A DNA stretch of 64,000 nt from Azolla caroliniana (GCA_043228905.1 JBHGNT010000002.1:4712001-4776000); one strand, 5' to 3'. Positions 49,586-63,711 are shown, numbered from the stretch's first letter. The notes: generated by a model from the sequence alone, not told the origin. Numbers and translations are program-made.

Positions 49586-51958
49586 CTACGTGAAAATTGC
49601 ATTTTTGGTTCCTCCGGATGGGATGGAGGAACTGGTAAGGAGGAACCGGTTTGCCACGTCTGCCCGTAGCAATTGGAGTTCCGCCGCATTTTGTGCCCAC
49701 TTTGTCCACCATCTTACGGAGCTTTCGTCAATCAAGCGTTTTGTCTGATTCAACCATGCCCGAAGGATGCATTGAATCCGGCCCGTTCCCAATTGCGATT
49801 TGATTTCCGCCGCTTGCCGTTCCTCCTTCAGTTGCTTGATGATTTTGACGTTGTCTTCCGCCTGCTCCTTGTAATGCGTCAATTTCCTTTGATATGTGCT
49901 TTGTAATTTTTGCAATACCGTTGACGCTCTCTCCTTTTCTTCTTGCTGCTGCCTCTAGAGCTCCATCCGGACCTTCTCCGCCTCGTCCAACCGTCTTGTA
50001 TTTTCCGCACGTTCGTCTGCGATCGCCGTCGCGGCCCGATCAACTTCCTGCTGGAGCTCGGCCATCCGTTCCTTATGCTCCGTTTCCAGCCGTTTGTAGT
50101 CCCGGTGCAGGTGCTCAAAATCATTTGTCTTTTGCTTGAGCCGTGCGTTGATCTGTCGACGGGCCCAGTCCTCGCGGTCCTTCTGCTGGCGGAGCTCTTC
50201 CTTTAGCCGTTCAATTTCCGTTTTCGCCGTCTTCCGCAGCTTGTCCTTTTCTGCAGCACTTTGTCTTTTTCCTCCCTTAGCCGGTCGTACGCTTGATGGC
50301 CTTTCCGGAGGCTCTCCTCTGCCCGGCGGAGGTTCTCAGCAGTCTTCTTTAATTCAGCTTCGGCCGCTGTCTTCAATTCCCGTTCACGGCTCCTTAGCGC
50401 TTCTTGTGCGGCAAGTTCATCTCTCAATTCCGCAAGCTCTTGGGCTTGCGCCGCATCTCTCGCCGGAACGGTTTCCGTTGCCGGGGTCTTATTGGTATGT
50501 ACAGGTCGATCTGTTTCTTTATTCTGTACACTTACCGGGGTCACCGGTGATTGGATCTGTGTTGCCGTTAAGGCCATTTTGGCCATCTCTGCCGTGACCT
50601 GATCCAAGTCTCTTTCAAGGCACCGGATTCTGGACCGGGCCGTCTCTAGTTGTTCGGTTGTGACGAGCAACCGTTCGCTTTGCGCTCTTTCTTCCGCCTC
50701 AATATACCCCACTGCTCCGGCAATCTGTTCGCCTATCCACCGGAGCCACAGGCTACCAGTGCCTTGTTGTTGCGTTTGCCCGGAGGTTTGACGGATGGGC
50801 TCGCTTGTAGATGGGTGGTCCCGCCTGATTGCGCTGAGTTTCAATTCCGTTTCTGCCCGTGGACCACCCTGCTGTCCTGGTTCCCCTTGCGGTTCTTCTT
50901 GGTTGGCCGAGGTGAGGCTGCATTGACCTTTGCGGCTCTGGCGGAATGGGACTTACCGGTGTTGCCGGTGGTGCCGGGGCTTTTGATTCCGGTGCCATGC
51001 GCACCAGTTCCGGTTCTTCCCTTGGCGTGGGAGTCTCAGTATGGGGAGCCGGTGTTCCCTCCGTCTGAGGGTTCGAACGTTTCCCGGCTGCCTCAACGGT
51101 CCTTGCCGACGACCGTCGCTGGAGGTGCTCCGTAGGCTCCTCTTCTATTTCCTCTTCCTGAGTCCCGGCATTGAGTTTTGCCGCCAAGGAGTCCGCTTCT
51201 CTATTCACCGGTCGGCGGAGTGTAACCTTTACGGGCTGTGCCGATGGTTCCTCCTGCGCATCCATTGGCCGCTTCCGACAGGCGCTCTCCTTTCCCGCCT
51301 GTTCTGCGTCCGCCGCCTTCCCCTTAGTGGCCTTAGAGGCCAACAATTGTTGTCTTTTGGAAGCCGTCTTTGGGGTGCCGTCCGCCACTCTTCCTCGCTT
51401 CTTGGGCTGGACGGGCTAGACGGGTGGCACAAGCAAGGTGAGCCACTACGTTACGGTGTGCCATATCCTCCGTCCGTCTCGGCCTTCTTTGCCGTCTTTG
51501 GCTCTGACGATCTCGATCGCCGCACACAACCCGTCTGCGATCAATACCGGCCAATCCACCTTGATCCCTTCATAGGTGGCGATGATCATTCCTGCCCGGT
51601 TCTGCGGCATGACAGGGGGTCTAGGGTACACATGGCTGTATTCGTGGAGCACACGAGCAATCTCGCGGAACAACATATCTCCGCCGCCCTGTGTCCGGTA
51701 GCCCTTGCTGGCTAGGGAGTACTCACCAAAATACCTGATGAGTTGCTCCGAGGTCGGATTTTAAATCGTGAGTATGTTTCCCTCCGGAAGGCCTGTTAAC
51801 GCTCGAATCGCCTCCGCCATTATGACCTCTGTGTCGATTTCTTTCATCACCTTGTCGGCTTCTTTGTGTGGCGGTACCTCCATAATCATCAAGAAGCCCT
51901 CGAGCCCGTGTTGCTTTAGCCATGTCTTGGCGGCTTCCGACAGCGTTTGCGGGTCCAT
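49586..51958 (-). pseudogene. Extra sense ORF after pol: PMD/Athila-ORF-like N-domain, Pro-rich linker, long coiled coil
   Basis: 51958-50753 is one frame with point stops. WLKQHGLEGFL...IRALTGLPEG...GIKVDWPVLIAD; E/K/R heptads downstream. Confidence 0.7.
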
Positions 51959-54900
51959 GTCTGTGTCGAGGTCGGCTTGTGGTGGCGAGGTCGGCTGGTG
52001 ATGAGAGTGAGAGTGGGAGAGAGAGAGTTCAGAAGGCGGGGGTTCTTCTTGCAGCGCCTTGGTGCTTCTGTGCTCCTGGGTTCGCGAAAGTAGAGGGTTT
52101 CCACGCGCAATGGTTTTTCTCTGTGCATTCTGGCACCTTTTTCGAGTGTGTGCACGTTGTGTACTAAAATAGCATTATGTCTTGTGGTGGCGCTTTAAAT
52201 GCCCACTACGTACCTTTTCGCTCCTCGCTCTTTCGTCCATTCATTCCTCACTTTTGCATGATTACTTCGTTTTTTCTTTTTTCTTTTTTTTACTGTTAAT
52301 GTGACGTTACTTGTCCGTGGGTCCTATCGGACCCTTACCGGCCTCATTCTCCCCAGTTACCGGCTCGCCGTCTTTGCTATCTTGGTGGTTGCCGTTTCCC
52401 TCATAGGTTGCCATTTCCTCACCGGTGTCGGTCCTTTGCTCAAATGGGTTCTTAGGCATCGGTCCTCTATATGGCTTCAATCGGAATCCGTTGACCCATT
52501 TGCCTGGCACTTCGCCGGCAAGTGTCCCTAACTGGTAGGACCCATTATACTCACGTGTCAGCCAATACGGGCCGGTCCATCTAAACCGTAGTTTACCCAA
52601 CATCTTGCCCATCCGTGTCTGAAATACTAACACTGGCTTGCCGATTGCGAACATTTTTTCATTTCCTTTCCTGTGCCGGTCGACAAATGCTTTCCGTCGC
52701 CATTGTTCCAATTCTAAGTGCAGGATGCTTGCCAGTCGTTGTTCCTCGAGTTCACACAACGCTGTTAACTGTATTGCCTCCGACTCCTTCTCGTTCAGTC
52801 GTTCCTGTAGCTGGATCCGTAAGCTGGGTACTTGGAATTACACCGGCATTACCGCCTCTAGTCCGAACGCTAACCGGAATGGTGTTGTTTGGATGCTCGT
52901 TTTATATGCCTTCCGGTATGCCCAAAGCGCACTATGTAGCTTGGTATCCCAATCCATTCGGTTTTCGTTGACGATCTTCCGGAGGATATTCTGGAGCGTT
53001 TTGTTTGTCGATTCCGCTAACCCGTTTGCTTGCGGATAGTATGGTGTGCTCCATTTATGGACAACGACATAGAATGTCGTCAGGCTTTCAACTACTTGGC
53101 CAGAAAGTGCCCCCCTTGGTCGCTTATTAATTCGATTGGGCATCCGTAACGGCACCAGATGTACTCGTATAGAAATTTCGCCGTTGACGCAGCGGTGTTG
53201 TCTTTTAAGGCTTTGGCCTCCACCCATTTCGTGCAGTAATCCGTCGCAACGATGATGTACCGATTACCCGTTCTCATTGCCGGTGGTTTGAATGGTCCAA
53301 CAAAGTCCAACCCCCACTTCTGGAATGGCTCGAGTGGTAGTACCGGCTGGTGTGGCATACGAGCCTGCTCCGTTGGCTGACCCATTCGCTGGCATAGGTC
53401 ACATTCTTTTGCGTACCGTACCGCATCTCTTAATGTCGTTGGCCACCACAGGCCACTTTGCCATATTTTCCTGGCCGTCGCATCTCCGGCATAGTTACCT
53501 CCGGCAACTCCGCAGTGGGCTTCCCTCAGTATCAGGTCCTTTTCATGGCTGCGCACAACCCGTCTCCATATGCTGTCCGCGCCCTTGTGGTAAAGTGTGT
53601 CTTGCAGTAAGCAGAAATGTCGGCTTTGCACTGCTAGGATTTTCCGTTCGTCCCGGTTCATCTCTTCCGGAGGCAGTCCTGTGCTTAGAAACTGGTGCAT
53701 GTTTGTGAACCACTTGTCTTCCTATGCCACCGTCTCATCTGCTGCCGTTTCCGTAGTGACTCGAAACAGCTCCATATCCGGAAACTCATCCGCTACTCCG
53801 TCACCTGTCTCTCTAGACTCTAATCGGCTTAAGTAATCCGCCACAGCATGTTGTATACCGGGTCGGTGGAATATTTCAAACTTGAATTCCTATAACAGTA
53901 AGGTCCACCGGGCCAACTTACCGGTGAGTGACGCTTTGGACACCAGGTAAAGGAGTGCCGAATGATCTACATGGAAGGAAAACTTCCTTCCCAATAAATA
54001 ATGTCGAAACTTTGTCACACTGTAGATCATCCCTAGAGCTTCCCGTTTCGTGGTAGAGTAGTTCCGTTCTGCTTGGGATAGCTTTCGGTTGGCATAGTAC
54101 ACTGGCCGGTACCACTTTGGCTCCGTAAGCTGCATCAGTACGCTTCCAATTGCGATGTCGGAGGCGTCCACGAACACATGAAATTCTTTACTCCAATCCG
54201 GAGGCTACACTACCGGTGCTTGTGACAATAGTACCTTGAGGGCCCTATACGCCCTATCCTCGGTGTCGGTCCACTGGAATGGTGTCCGATGTACGGCGGC
54301 ATGCAATGGTGTAGCCAGGTCAGCCAAGTATCGGAGCATCTGGATGTGCCACCGGATCTGGCCTAAGAACCAGCTCAATGCCTTTGCCGTTGCTGGCGCC
54401 GAGGCTTCTAATATGGCTTTCACTTTGTCCGGGTCGACTGCAATACCTTCCTGGCTCACAATATGTCCTAATAAGGTTCCACTGGACACGCCAAATACAC
54501 ACTTTGCCGGATTCAAGCTTAGCCGGTACGATCTACACTTTTCTAGACAAAGACGGAGGTGCTGAAAATGGTCCTCCTCCTGGCTATAGACGGCGAAATC
54601 GTCAAGGAAAACCTGCATAAAAGCCGGGATATATTCACCAAAGATTTCCATGATGATTCGTTGAAATGTTGTCGGTGCCGTTTTGAGTCCGAACATCATC
54701 ACCACGGCCACAAACACCCCCCATTCGGTGACGAAAGCCGTTTTCTCTTGGTCGTCGGGGTGCATCCGGATCTGATTATACCCGCTGAATCCGTCTAGGA
54801 AGCTATAGACCTCATGGCCGGCGACGACATCCAACACTCCATCTGTGAACGGAAGTGGAAACGCATCCGTTACCGTAGCCGCGTTGAGTTTCCGGTAGTC

Positions 54901-57900
54901 CACACAAACTCGAATTTTTCCGTTCTTCTTCGGTACGACTACGATCGGGCTCAACCATGTTGCTTTCTTTACCGGACGGATAAAGCCAACTCTTAGCAGT
55001 TTGTCGATTTCCTCCTTGACTTTGGCGGCATAATTGGGATTCATCCGGTACCGTCTTTGTGCCACTGGTTTTGCATCCTTGCTCAAGTGAACCTAATGCT
55101 GGTATAACTGAGGGTCGAGTCCTCGCATGTCTTCGTATGACCAGGCGAACACATCGCGAAATTCCGTGAGAAGTGTGATCATCGTCGTTTTGTCTTCGGA
55201 CTTCATCTCCTTGGCGATGTGCACCGGTTTTGCTTCGTCCATGGTCCCTAGGTTCACCTCTTCCAGTTGCAACGCTTGTACGCGCTATGAAACGACCATT
55301 TCTTGTTCCAACGCTTCCTGCGCTTGCCGTAACTCCCGGATTGCGTCTTTATCCGGCTCTGCTTCAGCCTCTTCCGGTTGCGGTAAGTATGGTGCTACTG
55401 CTTCGGCAATGTCAATTTCGAAGAGGGGTATGATCTTCGGGTTTTCCAGCAAGTATTGAGCTTCTTCTTCATCAGCTAACCCTTCTAGCATGTTGACGCA
55501 CTCTGCATACAACGGTGTACACTCCTTGCCAGTGCTCGTCCTTGGCTGTGTTGGTACTCGTACCTTGGCTTTCCTCGCCGGAAGGTAATTATATTTTTCC
55601 TCCAATTCTGTTTGATATGTGCCGTTTTCAATCACGGCTGCCCCAACAATAGCGGGTATGCGCCTTGTGCCTGTAATTGTAGCACTACGACCGAGATGTG
55701 AAATGTATGACCGCCCACGGTGACTTCTAATTTCCGTATTAATCCTGTCGGCCGTACTGAGCTTGTATCGGCCACCGTTGGTCCCTCCTCCGGATTCGAG
55801 AAGAGTACCGGTGCCGGTGATGATTCTCCTGCTGTCATGGCCGTCTTCAGTCCTTCCGTGAATCTTGGCACGAGTTGTAGGAGTCTTCCTAGTGGCAGCG
55901 TAATCTGGCATTCTTGCAACGTCTGCCATGTCTCGTTCTCGGAGTGACTGCCGCCGGCAAGCCCTACCGTGTTCTCCTTTTGCCGCTGTAAGTGTGTGAC
56001 ATTCTGCTCGTTTGCTTTCTTCACCCATTCCGTCGCTTGCTTCCGGATGGTCTCCTGCGTCTCCCATTCCTTGGCCATGCCCTTCGACCTTGTGGTTACC
56101 TGCTGCAGATCTGCCACCTCAGGGACTACCATATTTACCGCCGATCGTTTTTCATAGTTCTTCACCGGGCATTGATTACTATAATGGCCTTCCTGTCGGC
56201 AGTAGTAGCAGTAGGCTTTCCGGGTATTGCTGGATTCGGCATTGTCTGTTGTACCCGAGGCAGGTCCTGTGGTAAGCACGGGGTTTTGGGCCGGTTGGCT
56301 GCTTGAAGCTCCTTGTTCCGGATCCCGTGGGTAGCCGCCTTTTTTGAAATGTCGTTTTTTGTTATAGCTCTTCTTATTGCGGTACTCTTGACGAGGTTGC
56401 TCGTTATATCTGCCGTATTCCTCCCGTTGATGATACCTGGGGGAGTGCTCCCGGTCGTAATGTTCGTATTGTCTATTGTAATCCCGGTACCGATCATGCC
56501 GGTCATAGTTATCCCGCCGATCACCGTACCGGACATCATTCTCCCGTCGATCGCCATACCGGACATCCTGTGCCGGTCGGTTGCGGTCCATTCGCCGCTA
56601 GCGTTCCTCTTCTTCATCCCGGCTACATGTGTGGCTCTATTTGTCGGACGGGCGGTGCTTGCCGGTTCAATAGATTATACTCGCACCTATCCGTTGTATG
56701 GCCCTTGGATTGACAGATTACACATTGTGTCCTCATAGTGCATTCTAGTGCGGAGTGTCCGGAATTCAAGCAGGTTGTGCATTGTATTGCTTGCCGAAAC
56801 CGGAGGTCTTCATTGGATGGTAACGCCCATTGGAGTGCTCCTAGTGTGAGCCAGAAGCTTGTCTTTTCCATCTCTCGCACCCGGTCAATGACCTAGTCGA
56901 TGGTACTTGTGCGGAAGTCAATTACCGTGCAAACCGTGCGTAGGGGTTCCCGGAGCGCATTTAGGAATATAGTCCGTAATTCCTCCTCTGGGGGTGCGCG
57001 GGCAAGCTGACTATGCATCCGTTGAAACCGGATGACAAACTGGGGAATGCTCTCCCCTGCCTCTTGTCGGATGGTATAAAATAAGCCCACCATTACAGTC
57101 TGGTCCACCTCCTTTTGGAAAAAATGCAAGAATTTAGCTTTTAAATCTGTAAAGGTGGTGATGGTAGACGGGTCCTGCGTCCGGCGCAATCTTGCTGCCG
57201 GTCCCTCCAATGTGACGCCAAATTCCGCTATCTTAGAGCATTCCTCTTCTTCCGGGGTCAATCGCTGGGACACATGGTTGGCTTCCCATGTCTGTTCAAA
57301 GGCGTGCACATGAGCTTCCGCTTCCGGATCATCTCTATACTTGGAGTACTGGAACGACATGTCGTCATCCGGTATCGGTGCGCGGGCTGGCAGTGTTGGT
57401 GCTCGTTCCGGGATTTTCTCCGGCGTCGGTGGTCTTTCTGGATTTGTTTCCGGCGTCGGTGGTCTTTCCTCTTCTTTTGGTGACGGAGGCCTCTCCTCTT
57501 CGACTTCCGGTGTCGGAGGTCGCTCTTCCTCTGCTGGTTTCGGAGGTTCTAGCCTTAGCACTTCCGGTTCCGGTGTCGGTAAGGTATCCGATCCTTCGTC
57601 CTCCGGTCCGCCTGGGGTTTCGTTGCTGCTACGGTAGTTCGTGTGCACGCTGTACTCCCCTTCGGAGTCCGATTCATATGCTGAAAAGGCTTCTGCTTCA
57701 CCTTCTCCGTTTGCTAACGCCTGGAGAAGGGATTCGGTTTCCCGGAGGCTGCTTAGGCTGCTGCCGTCGTCCGGGTGCGATGTTTGCTGTAACCCGAGGG
57801 AGTCCTCCGTTACTCTCCGAATTACGTTGGAAAACGAGCGATCCGCTCTAATTTCCTGCGCCGCTTGCTGGAAAGCCTCATGTCTCCTTTGCCTTTCGGC

Positions 57901-58406
57901 AAGGCGTTGAGTTCGATCTGTAACCAGGTCGTGCGTTGATCTAGTCATCCATCCGTGCCGTCGTTCGCTGCAAAAACAGGAATCGTGATCGCCAAAAACT
58001 GTGTTAACTCTTAGGGCCGGACAATGGCCTAACACAGGGTGTCTACGGAAGAAACTTCACCAAAGGGGTGTTACGGCAACAGGATTAGACTCAACGATTA
58101 ATCCGACTTTATTAGGTTACTTAGCATGATTGTCTTTAATAATCACACGCGTAAGATATAACAATGAATGCAGAACGGCAATTCACACAGAGAGATAACA
58201 ACACTAAGCTTTATTAATTAACCGATGTTCATTACATTGTATCCGGGCCTTTAAATAGGTTTCCGGTCTGTATTACAAAATGGTGCCATCCGCACCTGTT
58301 CGGGATCGGTCCGGATCCGGAACGGCATACCGATTCCGGTCCGTCCGTCCACACTCATAGATTACTTACAACCATTCCTACTAATTAAATAACTCCCCGT
58401 TTCACA
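49597..58406 (-). mobile_element. Athila-like non-chromovirus Ty3/gypsy (family B): 5' LTR, gag-pol, extra 3' ORF; 3' LTR missing
   Basis: LTR 58069-58406 (TG...CA). Gag with CCHC knuckles. RT LSPIVVVPKK...CVDYRKLN...FLDDF, RH VDASDIAIG, INT KWGLDFVGP. No archaeal-type RNase H seen. Confidence 0.9.
52307..57948 (-). pseudogene. gag-pol of family B (protease active site deleted)
   Basis: ORF pieces 56893-58035, 55632-56591, 54205-55086, 53890-54177, 53092-53700, 52307-52759. Confidence 0.9.
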
Positions 58407-61400
58407 CTTTGGACTCCTTTGCCGGCCGGTAACAGCCGTCACTATCCATGTCCTCTGGGTCTAGTTCGTCCTCGTGTCGATTCTTGAATGCCTTGATTCT
58501 TTTCCCGGCCACCGGCACAACTATTCTCGTTCCGTCGAGCTCCGCGAGATGGTAGGTGCCGTTATCGTTGGCGCTTGTCACCACGTAAGGCCCAAACCAC
58601 CTCGTAAATTTCCGCATCACTTTGTGCTGGTTGTCGAGGTTGTTGTCGTAGACCAGAACCCAATCGCCCTCCTCAATTTTCTTCGGTCATAGTCGGTGAG
58701 TCCGGTCGAATCGCCCCTTGTTCTTTGTCCTTGCTGCACGCAGCTTCGCCATTGCTCGTTCCACGTCCTCCGGTCTTCGCTCGAGCTGTCGGATTCGCGC
58801 TGCTAACAGCTCCTCCTTGCTCATCTCGTCTCTCCAGTCCACCGCGGCCCATGAGGAGATCGTTCGCTCCATCGACATGATTGGATTCTACCCGTACATG
58901 AGCTCCGTCGGCATGAACCCAGTTACCGAACTGTGCGCAGTTCAGTCCGCCCACAACACGTAAGGTAGGAGCCGCGACCAATTCCCTACTTGGCCTTCAC
59001 ATGCCCGTACCAACGCCTTTACGATTGGCCCGTGTCCGCGTTCCACCTTCCCGTTTGCCCCCGTATTGTACGCTGTGGTGAGCGAGAGTTTAACCCCTAA
59101 CCGATCAAACAACTCTTTGGCCTCTTGTGCATCCAGTTCTCCATGGTCCGCTACGATCTTCCCTATGCACCCGTACCGACATACCACCTCTTCGATCAGG
59201 AGCCGGCACACGGCCACCGTCATCTTGTTCGGTAACGCTCGACCCTCCACCTGGTTCGTCAGGTCCTCTCGTGCTAGCACCAGGTATCGCATCTGCCCTA
59301 CCCCCATCGACATCGTCACCAGATCCACCATCCACTTGAAGTGGATGGTCGGCGGGTAAGTTGGATGCAGCTCGTCCCGATGTCGGACTATGGAATGCAT
59401 CTAATAGCTTTCGCAAGTCGTTATGAACCGATGCATGTCCCGGTATAGTCCCGACCACCAATACTTCTCCTTCAGCTTCTTGAACGTGGTCCATGTTCCC
59501 TGATGTCCGGCCCAAGGAATCTCATGGTACGCCGTCAGCAATGCTTCCTGCTCCTCCTTCCTCACCACTACCCGGAGTGGGACGCCGTCTCGCTTCTTCG
59601 GGTGCTTCCATATGCTTCTGTCCCGTAGGAAGATCGGTACGCTTTCTTCCGGATCCGGTTAGCCTCTTCCTTCGCCCACCCCGCGTCCGGCGTCATCGTT
59701 TTTAGGAACCCACCGATCTGGAGCCACTCCTTGTCGTACTTACTCTCGTCGAACTCGTTAAGCGCCGGAGTGCCCCCCTTTCTCGTCGTCACGTAAGTTG
59801 TCTCGAAGAAGTCCACGCCGACTTCCTCCTCCTCTGAAACCATGCTGCCCTCGTCATCAAACCTCGCTCTTGAAAGCATGTCGGCCATGGCGTTGTTCTT
59901 CCCGGAGATGTGCCGTATCTTCGGATTCAGGGACTTAATGTATGCTATCCACCTGAGCATTGCCAGGTCCGGCGTCGCGCATCCGGAAACCATACTGAGA
60001 ATCAGTAGGTAGTCCGTCTCTATTACTACCTCTATCCCTATCATGTAGTCTTTGTCAGCCTTGACCACCGAAAAGATACCCAGAGTTCGCGTTTAACTTG
60101 GGCGTATCCTCGCTATCGCTCGCTAAATACTTTCGCACCGAACCGGATGGGGAACCTCGTGCTGTTCTCATCCTCCTGGTTGATCACCCATCCGATTCCG
60201 ATCGGAGTCGTGTGTACGGTTACATAAATCGGAACATGTTTACCGTAGACTGCTTTCCGGAGTGCCGGTGCCACGACAAGCGCTTCTTTCATTTTCCGGA
60301 CCGACTCTGCATGCTCCCCGCCCCACTTGAACTTGCGCCCTTTCTTCAACAACCCGTAGAGCGGCTCCGCGATATGGGCGTAATGCGGGATCCAAATGTG
60401 GTAGAACGTGCAAGCTGCCAAGAATCTCCGGACTTCGGTAAATGACTTTTAGTCTTCCTTCATCGTGGAGATAGCTTCCACCTTAGCTAGAGACAGTTTT
60501 CGGCCAAAAGGCCCACACAGGTGTTTGACGACCATGATTTCTGACTGTCCAAAAGCCGACTTCTCCCCGAAGATGGTGAGCGGTGCCTCTTCCAGGTTTT
60601 GTAGCACCTTCTCGCAGTCTCTGATGCGGTTTGAGACGAATTTCCGACACCCGTTCGATCCGACCGTTTCGTCCTTATCCTCCACCGTACGTCCCTTGAT
60701 CGGAATGTCATCCAAACACGGTATGGGGCATGGTGATGTCCGGGATGCAGTCCCTTAGCACCTTATTCATCGCATTCACCATGTGCGCTACCGAGTTTGT
60801 CCCCCCTTGCGGAAGGGTACACATCCTCACTAGGCCGAGAGGAGTCCGCATTGTCGTAATATCCCTGCTCTCTACGGCTAGTTGGAATTGGTCGTACCCC
60901 GAGTACAAATCCCCAACTGAGTAAATCGACCTTCCGGCGAAGGCCTTCGCGAATTCGTCAATGGTCGTTCCGATTCCTGCATTCCGAATGGTCACCCTGT
61001 TGACCGGTTGCAGGTCCTGAATAAAGTGCAACGTGCCGTTCTTCTTTGGCACGGTAAACCACTGATTCGAGTATGGGGCACTTGACGGTTCAAGGATGCC
61101 CATCTCCACTTTCTGTTTGAGCAATTCCATCAGCTTCGGGATGTGAGCTCTGGGTACTGGAATCGGTTTGATATTCCACGGCATATGCGGTACCATGAAG
61201 ATAACCATCAGCTCAATGACCGTCGAGTCTGCGCACCCGATCTCTTCCGGCGAGAATGCGAAGGCCTTCCCATGCCTCCTGAGCATTCTCCGAAACCGTT
61301 CCTCCTCCGCCGGTAGTAGAAAGCCACCCCCACCAACCTTGAGCTCCCGTAGCGTTATGTTGGTGAACCGGTGTCCTATGCCGGCCGGATCTCGTAAACT

Positions 61401-63711
61401 TGGGTCCGACGCAACCCCTTTCATCTGTAACTCGCTGCCCTCCGGCAAGGGTGCCGCGACTGGCCTCACCTTCTCGTCCACAGTCTTGTACCTTGTATCC
61501 ACACGGGCCGTCCGATCCGACTCGACCCCTTTCCTGAAGTCGGTGATGACTTCGTACATCCGTTCCGAACTAACCGGAATCGTCCGGTCTTCACAGAAGC
61601 CTTCTTCGAGCACGTTCCTCAGATCTCCTAAGGTGCTGTCGAAAGAGACCGCCTCCACGGCGCTGCCTATCACTTCGTCAGGGCCTAGGACTCTGCATGT
61701 CCTGAGACGTTCCTCCACCCGCTTCTTCTCCTGGCCGCTAATGGCGGTTATTGTACAACCTCCGTTGTCGGAGAACCAAAATTTCCTGTCTATAGTACAA
61801 GGTTCCCTTCCTATGGTACACTTGTGGGGTTTTTCCGGGGTGTCCGAACTATCGTGGCCCCACTCCTTGATAGCCCTCTCTAAAAATCCCCTGGACCTTC
61901 GCCGCGGAGGGTCTCGCGGTTGTGCTCGTGGTTCGGTCGCACAATTAGAAACTGGATGAAGTGCCACCCATCTTGGCTCTTCACTCGGGCGTACACCAAA
62001 CCGTTATCCAGCACCTTCGTCTCCATGCATGTTGCCATAATGTACGGTTCTCCGAGTATTACCGGATGTGAGGATGTCTCCTGCACGATGAAGTGCTGGT
62101 CAATCTTGACATCACCAATTTTCACCCGTACATTTGGGCAGGCCCCGTGTAGCTCCTCTGTGGCGTGCGTCGCCGCTCGTTTTTTCCACCTGTGCTTGGT
62201 GTTGATCGGCCACTTGCCCTTCTTGTAGAAGTCCATAGACATCAGGTTGATCTCCGAACCGTGGTCTACCAACGCCACCACCGGTTCCTGGACGTCTCCG
62301 ATCCGAACCGGGGTCTCCGTAGTGGCCCTTGCCCAGTGCAGCTTCGAATAGTGGCTTTCCGCCAACTCGTCTTCTAGAGCCATATCTTCTAGGTGTGTCG
62401 TTCGCACCTCCACCGGCTTCTCCAGCTCCGGCTCCATCGAAAGCCTTTTTCGCTTCACGAAATCCACGATGGAGTCATGGAATTCTTTCTTGGCGATACC
62501 AAGCACTTCCCTCAGCGACAGCTCCACCTTGCTGTCGAGGATTCGTTCCTCAAGGACCTTTCGTAGGTCCGTCGTTCTTTTTATCTTGGTCCTCAACCGG
62601 TAACCGTCTTTCTTTGTTTTATCCGGTCTGCCGGAAGTACCAATGTCATGCCTTTCGGCTCCGGATCATTGTGTGAGTCGGGTGGGAACCGCTGAGGTTT
62701 TGGACTAGGAAGAGGAGAGTTTTAAGGCTAATAAGAATATAAATAGATTATAATAAAGAGATATAGAAAACTTGTGAATCCCACAAGGATAATGAATTTT
62801 ATTAATCAATATATATATATAAGAATATGAATTTGGATTCAAGGAGAAGGATATAGAAATCTCGTGAATCCCACAAGTATAGTTTATTTCATGAATCCCA
62901 CGAATATATTTTATTAATTGGTGTATTTTAGAAATATATCCAATTTCCAAATATTCTACACACCCCCTTACATTGTGCTCCCCATCCTTATATAATGATG
63001 AGAGAGTCTTAGTAATCCATGTTTTTCTATCAATAGACTATATGCTTTATCTAAAAGTAATCATACTTTTTCTAACTTGATGCGTTTTTATCGACTATAG
63101 TGTTCATGCACGCTAGATTTGCATGTGTAGCTTTTTCTTTTATCATGCATTTTCTTCTAACTAAAGTTTATCCTAGTGTGCACTTACCTTTCTATGTGGG
63201 ACGTCTACTTTTTTAACACTAATGATATGTTAGTGTAATGGTAAAGCTTCACATTATGTACATGGAGGTACAAGGTTTGAATCTTGCCCTATCCATGTAT
63301 GACGTATTTTAACATTTTCTTTTATTTTTTCATATTTATTGAATCGGTTATTTTATACATTTTTCACGTAGTGTACGAAATACACTACGACACTAACATC
63401 ATTCTGCTTTGGCCCAAACTGGGTCTCGTACTGCTGCGAGGGTCCGACCCCTCTGGTCTTCCCCGCACGCTTGTTTTCTACCAGAACTTCATAGTTCTAG
63501 CACGCGGCTTCCATGAAGCTGGTCTTTTCCTCAACCGGATCGCTCCACCCGATGACCTCCCGGACCCGTCTGTCTGTGCAGTCTGCTTCCTCCTTCCTCA
63601 ACCGCACGTTGGCGAGGCCTTCTAGCACCAACGGCTAGAACTCAAAGTCCTTCGTCTCCAGCCTTCGTCTCTCCCGAATCGGATTCCTGCCGACGCCGAG
63701 TAGTGGATGGT
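58407..63711 (-). mobile_element. Gypsy family A internal region (gag-PR-RT-RH-INT), with an insertion at 62709-63392
   Basis: Homologous to 18697-22560; ALVDHGSEINLM, RMCTLPQGGTNS, FKWMVDL. Confidence 0.93.
62709..63392. other. AT-rich insertion in gag; includes a copia-like PPT/LTR start on the minus strand (about 62970) and a terminal hairpin
   Basis: Flanked by CTAG/CTAA; the flanks appear to rejoin (NDV-SPKP). AAGGGGGTG-TGTAGAA on the minus strand. Confidence 0.55.

Noticed and set aside
49565-63392. One 13.8-kb TIR element bounded by the 32-bp inverted repeats
   Set aside because: No shared TSD, and the right flank continues sequence inside the interval.
63361-63396. Helitron 3' end (hairpin plus CTRR)
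   Set aside because: Spacing too short, no following T, and the second copy lacks CTRR.
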